From Spirochaetales bacterium (GTDB taxonomy: Bacteria; Spirochaetota; Spirochaetia; SZUA-6; RPPD01), in the NCBI GenBank assembly GCA_016929065.1, contig JAFGJO010000034.1:691-64690 (forward strand): a stretch of 64,000 nucleotides of DNA. Direction: 5' to 3'. The notes under the pieces are model-generated. The model saw nothing but the letters and a program-made list of their open reading frames with translations. It did not search any database and was not told where the DNA came from. The number at the start of each line of letters is the position of its first letter. Position 1 is the stretch's first letter. A program made the position numbers and the translations under genes. This document shows, in pieces, positions 15,494 to 25,483 of this stretch.

Positions 15494-18163
15494 ATGGCAA
15501 ATAAGAAATATGTCTATTTCTTTGGCGGTGGAAAAGCCGAGGGAAGCGCAGGAATGAAAGAACTTCTCGGCGGAAAAGGTGCAAACCTTGCCGAGATGAC
15601 CAACATTGGCGTTCCCGTCCCCCCTGGTTTTACAATCTCAACAGTCGTCTGTGATGAATATTACAAGAACAAGCAAAAATACCCAAAGGGTCTCAAGGAA
15701 GAAGTTGAAAAAACGCTCGAGAAACTTGAGAAACTGATGGGCAAAAAACTTGGCGATCCAAATGATCCGCTCCTGGTTTCTGTACGTTCCGGCGCAGCGG
15801 CTTCAATGCCCGGCATGATGGACACCGTCCTGAACCTTGGCATGAACGACAAGGCAGTTCAGGGGCTCATCAAGAATTCAGGCAATGAACGTTTTGCATG
15901 GGATGCATACAGACGTTTTATCAACATGTACGGTGATGTTGTCCGCGGTGTTGACCATGAACATTTTGAAGCAGAACTTGAAGCGGTAAAAAAGAAGAAG
16001 AAAGTCGAACTTGATACAGACCTTGACGCAAACGAAATGAAAGAGGTTGTAGAACGCTATAAAAAAGTCTACAAGAAATTCACGAAAGAGGATTTTCCCC
16101 AGAACCCCCTCAAACAATTGTGGGGATCTATTGATGCGGTATTCAGTTCATGGAACAACCCCAGAGCAATCAAATACAGACAATTAAATGATATTAAAGG
16201 TCTGCTTGGAACTGCGGTTAATGTGCAGTCCATGGTATTTGGAAACTTTGGCGAAGATTCAGGGACCGGTGTGTGTTTTACCCGTGATCCGTCAACCGGT
16301 GAAAACTATTTCTACGGAGAATACCTTATTAATGCACAGGGCGAAGACGTTGTTGCCGGTATCAGAACTCCGGAAATGCTCTCCCAGCTGAAAAAGAAAA
16401 AACCGAAGATGTATGACGAGCTGGTCACTCTCAGAGCCAAACTCGAAAAACACTATAAGGATATGCAGGATATCGAGTTCACCATTCAACAGGGAAAACT
16501 CTATATTCTTCAAACCAGAACCGGAAAAAGAACCGGACTTGCAGCAGTGCGTATTGCTGTTGAAATGGTAAAAGAAAAACTGATTAACATCGAAACAGCT
16601 GTGAAGCGGGTAACCCCTTCACAGCTCGACCAGCTCCTGCACCCCATGATCGACCCTAAAAAGAGAAAAACTGTCAAAGCAGTGACAAAGGGTTTGAATG
16701 CATCTCCCGGTGCTGCAACAGGACAGATTGTCTTTACAGCACAGGAAGCAGAAGATTGGGTGAAAAAGGGCAAGAAAATCATGCTCGTCCGCAAAGAAAC
16801 ATCTCCGGATGATATCGGCGGAATGCACGTTGCACAGGGTATTCTTACCTCTACCGGCGGAATGACCTCACACGCAGCAGTTGTTGCGCGTGGTATGGGA
16901 ACTCCGTGTGTTGCAGGCTGTAAGGATGTTGTCATCACCGGCAAAACTGCCGTCATTAAGGGAAAAACGTACAAGCAGGGCGACAGTATTACAATCGACG
17001 GATCAACCGGAGAAGTATTCCCCGGTGAGATGCCGCTGGTAAAACCGCAGGTTGCAGGTGAGTTTTCAACGTTCCTTAAATGGGCAGATGATATCAGACT
17101 GAATGCGGTTCGTCCCGGTCTCAAAGACAAGGGAATGCTTGTCCGCACCAATGCCGATACACCCTACGATGCAAAAGTCGCACGCGATTTCGGCGCTCAG
17201 GGTATTGGACTTTGCCGCACAGAACACATGTTCTTTGAAGGCGGAAAACTCCAGATCTTCCAGGAAATGATTGTTGCAGAAAACGTGGAAGCACGCAAAA
17301 AGGCTCTTAAAAAACTGATGCCGCTTCAGAAGCGCGACTTTGTCGGCATTTTCAAGGCGATGAACGGCCTTCCGGTTACGATCCGGCTGCTTGATCCTCC
17401 TTTACACGAGTTTGTGCCAAAGACAAAAGCTGATGTCATTGCTCTGGCAAAGAAAATCGGTATTACTGAAAAAGCATTGAATGACAAGATTGATTCACTT
17501 CATGAACTCAATCCGATGCTCGGTCACCGCGGCTGCCGTCTTGGCATTACCTATCCGGAAATCTATGATATGCAGGTTGAGGCAATCATCAGTGCAGCAT
17601 GTGAAGTTGCCGCAAATGGTGTGAAAGTTATTCCTGAAATCATGATTCCGCTTGTCGGAACCGTTGAAGAGCTCAAACGTCTCAAGGAAAACGCAGAGGC
17701 AGTGATTGCGTCTGTATTTGCGGCAAAGAAAAGGAAAGTTGCCTACATGATCGGAACGATGATCGAGATTCCGCGCGCAGCACTTGTCGCCGACAAGATT
17801 GCAGAGCATGCGGAGTTTTTCTCTTTCGGAACCAACGATCTGACGCAGATGACTTTTGGGTACTCACGAGACGATGCCGGTGTATTCCTTCCGGAGTATG
17901 TTGAAAAAGGCGTACTTGATAGAGATCCTTTCCAGGTTCTTGACCAGGAAGGCGTGGGACTTCTTGTTGAAACCGGTATTGCAAAAGGCCGGAAGACAAA
18001 GAAGGATCTTAAAGTTGGTATCTGCGGAGAACATGGCGGTGATCCAACCACTGTTGAATTTTGTTTCAATATCGGGATGAATTACGTATCCTGTTCACCG
18101 TACCGCGTGCCGATTGCTCGCCTTGCGGCTGCGCAGGCAGTGCTCAACAGTAAAAAGAAATAA
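15494..18163 (+). CDS. ppdK: Pyruvate, phosphate dikinase
   Basis: LLGGKGANLAEM, VSVRSGA..SMPGMMDT, GGMTSHAAVVAR, GLCRTEHMF, FSFGTNDLTQ, GICGEHGG. Confidence 0.98.
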   Translation: MANKKYVYFFGGGKAEGSAGMKELLGGKGANLAEMTNIGVPVPPGFTISTVVCDEYYKNKQKYPKGLKEEVEKTLEKLEKLMGKKLGDPNDPLLVSVRSGAAASMPGMMDTVLNLGMNDKAVQGLIKNSGNERFAWDAYRRFINMYGDVVRGVDHEHFEAELEAVKKKKKVELDTDLDANEMKEVVERYKKVYKKFTKEDFPQNPLKQLWGSIDAVFSSWNNPRAIKYRQLNDIKGLLGTAVNVQSMVFGNFGEDSGTGVCFTRDPSTGENYFYGEYLINAQGEDVVAGIRTPEMLSQLKKKKPKMYDELVTLRAKLEKHYKDMQDIEFTIQQGKLYILQTRTGKRTGLAAVRIAVEMVKEKLINIETAVKRVTPSQLDQLLHPMIDPKKRKTVKAVTKGLNASPGAATGQIVFTAQEAEDWVKKGKKIMLVRKETSPDDIGGMHVAQGILTSTGGMTSHAAVVARGMGTPCVAGCKDVVITGKTAVIKGKTYKQGDSITIDGSTGEVFPGEMPLVKPQVAGEFSTFLKWADDIRLNAVRPGLKDKGMLVRTNADTPYDAKVARDFGAQGIGLCRTEHMFFEGGKLQIFQEMIVAENVEARKKALKKLMPLQKRDFVGIFKAMNGLPVTIRLLDPPLHEFVPKTKADVIALAKKIGITEKALNDKIDSLHELNPMLGHRGCRLGITYPEIYDMQVEAIISAACEVAANGVKVIPEIMIPLVGTVEELKRLKENAEAVIASVFAAKKRKVAYMIGTMIEIPRAALVADKIAEHAEFFSFGTNDLTQMTFGYSRDDAGVFLPEYVEKGVLDRDPFQVLDQEGVGLLVETGIAKGRKTKKDLKVGICGEHGGDPTTVEFCFNIGMNYVSCSPYRVPIARLAAAQAVLNSKKK

Positions 18164-18183
18164 ATTTATTTTATTGAATATCG

Positions 18184-18217
18184 GGCCGCCTGCACATGTG
18201 TGTGGGCGGCTTTTTTT
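18184..18217 (+). terminator. Rho-independent terminator of ppdK
   Basis: GCCGCCTGCAC..GTGTGGGCGGC followed by T7. Confidence 0.8.
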
Positions 18218-18535
18218 AAAAACAATATCACGCAGAGTCCGCTGTGAGATCGCAGAGGAAGAATTTGTAAGGAAGCCATCTGGCCGCCATCAAGGATCTT
18301 TTTTATCATAACACCAGGAGAGGGAAGTTCCTTATAGAACCTTCAACACGAAAATATTGATATTATCCCGGTAGTTATCGGGGTTGTCATGATCGTTTCA
18401 GAGACTGATCGCGGATTTATAATAGTAGACCAGGCCGCTGAAGTGCACAGCTTTCATAATTTTATTTGAAATAAATTTGATTCCTGAATCAATTTAGAGA
18501 ATCATTAAATAAATATTAATAAAAGGAGCATTACT

Positions 18536-18913
18536 ATGAAAAAGTACTATCAATTAATCTGGATACTGATTTTATTCCTGGCTGGCAGCGCTGTTGTATT
18601 TGCAGATGGAATGGCAGCCGCTCCCCCGATATCTGCAAAAGACAGTTTTTTTGCTGCAGTGAACCGGGGAGATGTCGCCACAGCGAAGTCATTCCTTGAT
18701 TCGAAACAGGTGTCTATAAATGATAAAGATGATATGGGCAATACAGCAATGATGATTGCGGTTAACAGAATCGATCTGCCGATGGTGATCGCATTGATTC
18801 AGTACAAACCTGATGTCAGCGCTAAGAATTCCAGAGGACAAACGGTAATGGATATTGCAGAAACCAAGGGGAATGCACAGCTTACAACAACGCTGAAGCA
18901 GGCTGGATTTTAG
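18536..18913 (+). CDS. Exported ankyrin-repeat protein
   Basis: Signal peptide (..AVVFA-D); ankyrin motifs NDKDDMGNTAMMIA and KNSRGQTVMDIA; RBS AAGGAG. Confidence 0.85.
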   Translation: MKKYYQLIWILILFLAGSAVVFADGMAAAPPISAKDSFFAAVNRGDVATAKSFLDSKQVSINDKDDMGNTAMMIAVNRIDLPMVIALIQYKPDVSAKNSRGQTVMDIAETKGNAQLTTTLKQAGF

Positions 18914-18999
18914 TTGTACAGATTTTTGATAAAATTTTGAAAATATGAGCCCTTCATCATGGAGGGCTTTTTTCCCTCTCACACGGTTTCAGTGATATA

Positions 19000-19905
19000 T
19001 CATTCTTCACTCATTACATTGACAATACGCGGTGTCACTTCGGAAATATTCTTCACATCATGAAAAAACGGGGCGGCCGGGCCGAAGACATAGAGCCCCA
19101 CCGGGTTTGTCGTGTGCATACCGGTCGAAAGGTCTTCAAAATTCCCGTGATCACTGCAAATGACAATACTGGTCTTTGGTTCAATGTTTTTTTTCAAAGC
19201 AGAAAAAAAGTCTTTTAACACAGCGAGAAATAATTCCGCTTTGACACGGTCCTGTTTGTGGCCGATTAAATCTGTTTTAAATGATTCAAATAAAACAAAA
19301 TCATTGTTATTTGTTATTCCGGCAAGATGTTTGCCCGCCAGTTTACCATTGATGACCGGAACAGAATGAATCACCTTGTACTTCTGAAAGGCTTCGCGGG
19401 TAATATCCCAGCAAAGTGCATTTCCTTCCAGCAGGTCCTCAATCATCAGAAAAGGGATATCTGCCCCGAAAACACAGTGTGTGGTGACCGAAAACCGGCG
19501 GTTTTTTTCTTTTATATAATTGAAGTAATGGTCAGAATAGGCATTGGCAAAAACAGGCTTCCTGCCCAGATTTTTTATTTTCAAATGAATATTCTCATGA
19601 TGAATAATCTCAACGAGTCCATGATTGGGAAAGGCAGGAAGGTGAAAGCCGATTTCTTTTGCAGCGTTTATACCGGTAAAAAGGGTTGTCTGGCCGGTGG
19701 CACTCTGGGGGATGCCGGGGACACCACAGGCAGCATCCAGAGGGATGGCAGTCACTGATTCAGTTTTTATATTGAGGTTCAAGTCTGGCAGTTCGGGAAA
19801 AAAATCAGTAAACAACTGATTTCCGAATGTGACAACCGGATTGTCCGGACTGTTTTGCCCCAGTCCAAACCCGTCAAGAAATACAAAAACTATTTTCTGC
19901 TGCAC
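19000..19905 (-). CDS. Alkaline-phosphatase-superfamily metalloenzyme (phosphomutase-like)
   Basis: VFLDGFG, PQSATGQT (nucleophile Ser), DLIGH, SDHGN, HTTNPV; GTG start at 19905 after GGAG. Confidence 0.8.
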   Translation of the reverse strand: MQQKIVFVFLDGFGLGQNSPDNPVVTFGNQLFTDFFPELPDLNLNIKTESVTAIPLDAACGVPGIPQSATGQTTLFTGINAAKEIGFHLPAFPNHGLVEIIHHENIHLKIKNLGRKPVFANAYSDHYFNYIKEKNRRFSVTTHCVFGADIPFLMIEDLLEGNALCWDITREAFQKYKVIHSVPVINGKLAGKHLAGITNNNDFVLFESFKTDLIGHKQDRVKAELFLAVLKDFFSALKKNIEPKTSIVICSDHGNFEDLSTGMHTTNPVGLYVFGPAAPFFHDVKNISEVTPRIVNVMSEE

Positions 19906-20085
19906 AAATGCTTCACTCCAATTGTAAAAGACGGTATGTTCAATAGCATACCGACTCATGCAGCTTGAGGCAAGTGAAATGCTGGTAGTAAAAGGGGAGT
20001 AGATTGACGGGGTTAATTTACTTTACATGATGCCGAAAATCAAGTAATACCGTGTGCATGGAACACAGACAGGAAGTACATTCAA

Positions 20086-21123
20086 ATGAAAAAAAAATCA
20101 AAGCCGGCGATAAAAAAAACAGCAGCGAATAAAAGGAAAAGAACAGGTACGCGGGTGAATACACCCTTACTGGTTTTATTGCTTTCAGGCATTCTTGTGC
20201 TGCTGGTGCTGATATTGCTGAACATTCCAAAAAATAACGGTGAAGGAAATGTACCAATATCAGTGGCGCCGGACAGATATAGCATGCAGAATTCGATTGA
20301 CCCGGAATCAGATTCCCGGGCCCGAAACAACAGGCAGAATGACCGCATGCAGGATGCATCAGCCTCGCAGACATCCGAAGAAACAAGCGAAAATGTTCAG
20401 CACAGGAATACCGCATTACTGTCTGCAACGTCACGTGTGATCATCGGCAGGATTGCGGTGGTGATTGATGACGCGGGAAATGATGCCGTCTCACTTGCTC
20501 CATTTCTCTTATTTAAGGGCAAACTCACTGTTGCTGTGCTGCCGCTGCTGCCGAACTCAAAGCTCAATGCGGAAAATGCTTTCAAGGCAAAGAAAGAAGT
20601 AATTCTGCATCAGCCCATGCAGCCGATCGGAGAAAACAAAACAGGCCCGGGAATGATCGGGATTGATGCATCACGGGAACAGATACAACAGCTCCTGCGG
20701 GAAAACCTGAAAACCGTTCCGCATGCATCCGGCCTGAACAACCATATGGGCTCGTTGGCGACACAGAATGATCTGGTCATGGATGCGGTTTTTGGGTATT
20801 GTAAACAGGAAAATATGTATTTTCTTGACAGCCGGACAACCGCCGCAACCCTCGGCAAGGCATATGCAGAGAAATATAATATTTCTTTCGCAGAGAGAAA
20901 GATTTTTCTGGATTCTGTTCCGGGAAAGGAAAATATTGCCGACTCGCTGAACAAAGGCATCGAACATGCAAAACGGGACGGGAGTGTGGTGGTGATCGGC
21001 CATGTGCAGAACCCCGAGGTGATCGCCGTGCTGAATGAACAGTATGACCGTCTCGTCGCTTCGGGAATCGAGTTTGTCACTGTCAGGGAACTTATCGAAT
21101 ATAACAGGAGCCGTATTCAGTGA
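20086..21123 (+). CDS. Divergent polysaccharide deacetylase family (YibQ-like), membrane-anchored
   Basis: N-terminal TM; IAVVIDDAG, LHQPMQP, NNHMGS, FLDSRT, IFLD, VIGH. Confidence 0.9.
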   Translation: MKKKSKPAIKKTAANKRKRTGTRVNTPLLVLLLSGILVLLVLILLNIPKNNGEGNVPISVAPDRYSMQNSIDPESDSRARNNRQNDRMQDASASQTSEETSENVQHRNTALLSATSRVIIGRIAVVIDDAGNDAVSLAPFLLFKGKLTVAVLPLLPNSKLNAENAFKAKKEVILHQPMQPIGENKTGPGMIGIDASREQIQQLLRENLKTVPHASGLNNHMGSLATQNDLVMDAVFGYCKQENMYFLDSRTTAATLGKAYAEKYNISFAERKIFLDSVPGKENIADSLNKGIEHAKRDGSVVVIGHVQNPEVIAVLNEQYDRLVASGIEFVTVRELIEYNRSRIQ

Positions 21124-22139
21124 AAATACTCGGAATTGAAACCTCTTGCGATGAATGTTCGGCCTCGGTTGTCGAGGACGGGAAAGTCATTTGTTCAAAT
21201 ATCATTGCAACCCAAATAGCTATCCATCGGCCCTTTTATGGCGTAGTCCCGGAAATTGCCTCGCGAAAGCATCTCGAATGGATTACTCCGGTGGTGATGC
21301 AGGCGCTGGAAGAAGCTTCATGCACGTTGCAGGATATTGACGGAGTGGCCGCGACATACCGGCCGGGACTGATCGGGTCGCTTCTTGTGGGGCTTTCCTA
21401 TGCAAAAGGGCTTGCATTCACAAGCCAATTGCCGTTTATCGGTGTCGACCATATCGAGGCGCATTTATACGCTGTGCAGCTTGAACAGCCGCTCGGGTAT
21501 CCGTTTATCGGTGTTCTTGTTTCCGGCGGACACACCATGATAGCGGTGGTCAATGATTTTGACGATTTTGAAGTGCTCGGCACCACTATCGATGATGCCT
21601 GCGGTGAGGCCTTTGACAAGGTCGCAAAGTTTTACGATTACGGATATCCCGGAGGAGTGGCAATACAGAAACTGGCGGTGAACGGCAATGCAAAAGCGTT
21701 TAAATTTCCGCACCCGTCCCTGCATAAGGGCGATCATCGCTATAATGTATCCTACTCGGGCCTTAAAAATGCAGCAATCAATCAGCTTGATCTGTTCTGG
21801 GACAAAAAGTCGGAAAAATCAGCAGAAAACATCGCAGCCAGTTTTCAAAAAACGGCAATCGATATTCTATTAAGCAGAGTTTTCCGCGCCGCTGAAGATA
21901 CCAATATTAAAACCGCCGTTTTCGGAGGCGGAGTTGCTGCCAACAGCTATCTGCGGGAAATACTAAAAGAACATCCGGATATAAAATCAGTGTTCCCGAG
22001 TTTGAAGCTGTGTACCGATAACGCAGCGATGGTTGCAGGATGCGCATATCAGCTGTTCAGCAGGGGAGAGCGTTCATCCTTTTCTTTACGTGCCAGTGCC
22101 CGGGTTCCGGCATTCCGCTGGCATAAAGGCAAACAATAA
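21120..22139 (+). CDS. tsaD: tRNA N6-adenosine threonylcarbamoyltransferase
   Basis: ILGIETSCDE, GVVPEIASRKH, HIEAH, VSGGHT, DDACGEAFDK, GGVAAN, TDNAAM. Confidence 0.97.
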   Translation: MKILGIETSCDECSASVVEDGKVICSNIIATQIAIHRPFYGVVPEIASRKHLEWITPVVMQALEEASCTLQDIDGVAATYRPGLIGSLLVGLSYAKGLAFTSQLPFIGVDHIEAHLYAVQLEQPLGYPFIGVLVSGGHTMIAVVNDFDDFEVLGTTIDDACGEAFDKVAKFYDYGYPGGVAIQKLAVNGNAKAFKFPHPSLHKGDHRYNVSYSGLKNAAINQLDLFWDKKSEKSAENIAASFQKTAIDILLSRVFRAAEDTNIKTAVFGGGVAANSYLREILKEHPDIKSVFPSLKLCTDNAAMVAGCAYQLFSRGERSSFSLRASARVPAFRWHKGKQ

Positions 22140-22292
22140 CTGGTACAGGCTTTTTTTTCAGGATTTGATTTCTTTATTGCGTTGCATTGCAAATATTTGT
22201 ATAATACGTTGATATTGTTTATGATAGAAATGTGTATCAGAAAAAAGGAACTGAAACTTCCTTTACCTGATAAAGAAAAAGAGGGGAAACAT

Positions 22293-22736
22293 ATGGCAAA
22301 TGTAGTGGTTCTCTTTGGCCCGCAAGAGAATTCTATGAAAGAATATGCAAAAACAATTGCTGACGCGTTCAAAAATAAAAAATACAAGGTAACGGTCAAA
22401 CCGGCATTGAATGCTGAGATACCCGATGTCGCCCCTGCAGATATTATCATCTTCGGGAACAAGTTGAATTCACCGGATGCGATTCATGAGGATTACCGGG
22501 AAATTGTTCGTGCGAGTGAAGGAGTCAATTTTTCGGGCAGGCTTGTTGCTGTATTTACCGAACACGGTTCTGCCAGCGGCGAGCTGTTCAAATCTGCCAT
22601 GGCCGATACCGGTGCAACTTTTTTTGAGACATCATTCCGCATAAAAAACAACAAGCTCTCCGGTAAAGAACTGGATGAATGGGCCGCTGCCATTGACCGA
22701 TTTTACAAAGATTTCGAGAATGCGCGCCATGTATGA
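22293..22736 (+). CDS. Flavodoxin-fold protein (degenerate)
   Basis: VVVLFG..AKTIADA, ADIIIFG, NFSGRLVAVF pattern; start moved to ATG 22293 after GAGGGG. Confidence 0.6.
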   Translation: MANVVVLFGPQENSMKEYAKTIADAFKNKKYKVTVKPALNAEIPDVAPADIIIFGNKLNSPDAIHEDYREIVRASEGVNFSGRLVAVFTEHGSASGELFKSAMADTGATFFETSFRIKNNKLSGKELDEWAAAIDRFYKDFENARHV

Positions 22737-23253
22737 TCTTGATAAAGCCATCCGTAAAATCCCTGATTTCCCCAAGCCGGGGATTCTTTTTTATGATATC
22801 ACCAGCATTCTTGCAAATCAGGAAGCTTTTTCGTACTGCATTGCACAAATGAAGGAATTGTTCAAAGACATTGAGTTCGATGCAGTTGCCGGAATTGAAT
22901 CCCGGGGATTTCTGTTTGCCGCTCCCTTTGCGCTGGAGCGAAAACTGCCGCTGGTACTGATCCGGAAAAAAGGAAAACTGCCCGGAAAAACCTTTCAGGA
23001 AGAAGTCACACTGGAATATGGAACTGATGTCATCGAAGTACATCAGGAGGATGTGAAACAAAACGCCAGGATTTTACTGGTGGATGATCTCATCGCCACC
23101 GGAGGAACCCTTCAGTCTGCCTGCAAACTTCTCGCACGTGGCGGTGCAAAAGTATCTGCGATTTTCGGGGTCATCGGATTGCCGTTTTTAAACTATATGG
23201 AAAAGCTGCGCGATATCAGGGTTGAAACACTTGTCAACTATGCGGGTGAATAA
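22729..23253 (+). CDS. apt: Adenine phosphoribosyltransferase
   Basis: IRKIPDFPKPGILFYDIT, GIESRGF, RKKGKLP, LEYG, VDDLIATGGT. Confidence 0.97.
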   Translation: MYDLDKAIRKIPDFPKPGILFYDITSILANQEAFSYCIAQMKELFKDIEFDAVAGIESRGFLFAAPFALERKLPLVLIRKKGKLPGKTFQEEVTLEYGTDVIEVHQEDVKQNARILLVDDLIATGGTLQSACKLLARGGAKVSAIFGVIGLPFLNYMEKLRDIRVETLVNYAGE

Positions 23254-23477
23254 GATAAAAAAATGTGGCTTTTCTGAAGATTGTTTGCTATATTATTGAT
23301 GCATTCCATGCAAATTGACAGGAATAACTGTAATTTTGGGAAAAATCCAGGTGGACATGACTTTTTTCGGTTTTGCACCAGACAGGCCGCAGTTTTTGGA
23401 AAGGTCCCTATTGACCGTTGATTTTTTCTATGATATTCTCGTTGATTCAAATTGAATATATACATGAGGGTTAATTA

Positions 23478-23798
23478 ATGTACGCGTTGGTTGAAATTAA
23501 AGGAAAGCAATATAAGGCAGAGAAAGGTTCTCTGCTCAAAGTTGACCGTCTTGAGAGCAAGGAAGGGGATAAAGTTGAATTCGATTCAATCCTTCTTTTA
23601 AGCGACAAGGGCAATGTTACTGTTGGTGAGCCGTATGTTCAGGGGGCCAAAATCTCTGCAAAAGTGGAAACCCATGGACGCGGAAAAAAGGTAATTGTTT
23701 TCAAATACAAAAAAAGAAAAGATTACCAGAAAAAGAACGGTTTCCGTTCGCAGTTCACTGAAATTCGCGTTGAAAACATCTCAACTGCGGTAAAATAA
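23478..23798 (+). CDS. rplU: 50S ribosomal protein L21
   Basis: MYALVEIKGKQYK, VGEPYV, KVIVFKYK. Confidence 0.97.
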   Translation: MYALVEIKGKQYKAEKGSLLKVDRLESKEGDKVEFDSILLLSDKGNVTVGEPYVQGAKISAKVETHGRGKKVIVFKYKKRKDYQKKNGFRSQFTEIRVENISTAVK

Positions 23799-23850
23799 CA
23801 TGTTTTCCCGGCAGTCAGATGCAGGGAACCAGATTTGACAAGGAAGCACC

Positions 23851-24207
23851 GTGATTGCAGTTGCAGTAGGGCTTGACTCCCATGAATGCATTTCGGAGCT
23901 GAATGTTACCGGACATGCCGGGCTCGACATCAAGGGGAATGATCCGCTCTGTGCTGCTGTGTCAATACTGACGAGAACACTGCTCACTGCGTTATATGCA
24001 ACCGGTGTTGCAGATATAAAAGACGAGCATGAACAAGAAGGGATGCTCGCGGCTGAAATAACTATTCAGGATAGTGCCGATTTTTCGCGGATCGCGGGGA
24101 TTACAGCATTTTTTCTGACAGGGTTATTCGAGCTGCAGAATGATTATCCCCAGACAATAATGATAGATTTATTTACAAAGAATTCGGAGGAAACAGATGG
24201 CACATAA
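23851..24207 (+). CDS. prp: Ribosomal-processing cysteine protease Prp (DUF464)
   Basis: [12 protein letters not shown] catalytic His/Cys; located between rplU and rpmA. Confidence 0.88.
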   Translation: MIAVAVGLDSHECISELNVTGHAGLDIKGNDPLCAAVSILTRTLLTALYATGVADIKDEHEQEGMLAAEITIQDSADFSRIAGITAFFLTGLFELQNDYPQTIMIDLFTKNSEETDGT

Positions 24208-24454
24208 AAAAGGCGGCGGGAGTTCAAAAAACGGCCGCGATTCCAATTCACAGCGGCTTGGCGTAAAACGTTTCGGTGGTGAAACTGTCACTGCAGGAAG
24301 TATCCTTGTCCGGCAGAGAGGAACCCGTATACACCCCGGTGTGAATGTCGGCATCGGGCGTGATGATACACTCTTCGCAAAGGCAAACGGGACCGTTGCA
24401 TATCAGGAAAGACGCGGCCGTAAATACGCCAGCATTGTTCCTGCAGCAAAATAA
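24197..24454 (+). CDS. rpmA: 50S ribosomal protein L27
   Basis: [32 protein letters not shown]. Confidence 0.98.
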   Translation: MAHKKGGGSSKNGRDSNSQRLGVKRFGGETVTAGSILVRQRGTRIHPGVNVGIGRDDTLFAKANGTVAYQERRGRKYASIVPAAK

Positions 24455-24466
24455 TCTTTTTTCAGA

Positions 24467-25483
24467 GTGTTCGGCTTTGTTGATGAAGTCGCAATAGAAG
24501 TATCCTCGGGTGATGGCGGAGACGGCGCGGTTTCTTTCCGGCGGGAAAAATATGTTCCCAAGGGTGGCCCGGACGGTGGTGACGGCGGGAGGGGCGGAGA
24601 TGTTGTTTTTATCGTGAAGAACAATGTCCGTACACTTATGCACCTGAAATTAAAGCGGGTATTCAAAGCGGAAAACGGCAGGCCAGGCATGGGAAAACGT
24701 ATGCACGGCAAAGACGGCGGTGAAATTGAAATCCCTGTGCCCCTGGGAACGCTTTTACGTGATCCTGATTCAAAAAAAATTATCAAAGACTTTTCAACAC
24801 CGGGTGAACGGTGGATATTCCTTGAAGGCGGCAATGGCGGAAAGGGAAACTGGCATTTCCGCAGTGCAACCCGGCAGACTCCACGGTTTGCCATTCCCGG
24901 AAAAAGCGGCAAACAACGGAAACTTTTCTGCGAATTGCAGGTTATTGCAGATATCGGACTGGTTGGATTTCCCAACGCGGGAAAATCCACGCTGTTATCG
25001 GTGCTCACCAATGCCACACCAAAAATAGGCTCGTATCCGTTTACTACACTCACGCCCAATCTGGGGATACTGTCCTGCAAGGGCCATGAAGTAGTCATTG
25101 CGGATATTCCCGGAATTATTGAGGGAGCATCAAAAGGGGTGGGCCTGGGGTTGACCTTTCTGCGCCATATATCCCGGACAAAACTTCTTGTGTTTTTGAT
25201 TGACATCACCGCAGAAAACGGAATACATGAGATGGAAGTACTCCTGAATGAACTTTCAGAATTTTCCCCGGAACTTGCCGGCCGTGAAAGGATCATTGTC
25301 TGTACAAAATCTGATGCAGTCGAAGAAAATGACCTTCCCGGCGAAATGGCAAAGGCTTTTCCAAATGATAAAATTATGACAATATCAAGTATAACAATGA
25401 ACGGTATTGAGGAACTGAAGAACATTTTCATTGAACGGACTGGAAAACTGAATGAAGACAGCACTTCTGGGCGGGACGTTTAA
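24467..25483 (+). CDS. obgE: Obg/CgtA GTPase (short C-terminus)
   Basis: FVDEV..GDGGDG..FRREK, GFPNAGKS, YPFTT, DIPG. Confidence 0.96.
   Translation: MFGFVDEVAIEVSSGDGGDGAVSFRREKYVPKGGPDGGDGGRGGDVVFIVKNNVRTLMHLKLKRVFKAENGRPGMGKRMHGKDGGEIEIPVPLGTLLRDPDSKKIIKDFSTPGERWIFLEGGNGGKGNWHFRSATRQTPRFAIPGKSGKQRKLFCELQVIADIGLVGFPNAGKSTLLSVLTNATPKIGSYPFTTLTPNLGILSCKGHEVVIADIPGIIEGASKGVGLGLTFLRHISRTKLLVFLIDITAENGIHEMEVLLNELSEFSPELAGRERIIVCTKSDAVEENDLPGEMAKAFPNDKIMTISSITMNGIEELKNIFIERTGKLNEDSTSGRDV

Noticed and set aside
24403-25464. 353-aa antisense ORF over obgE, and similar long antisense ORFs over purF, ppdK and ftsH
   Set aside because: Shadow frames of conserved genes, with no recognisable motifs.
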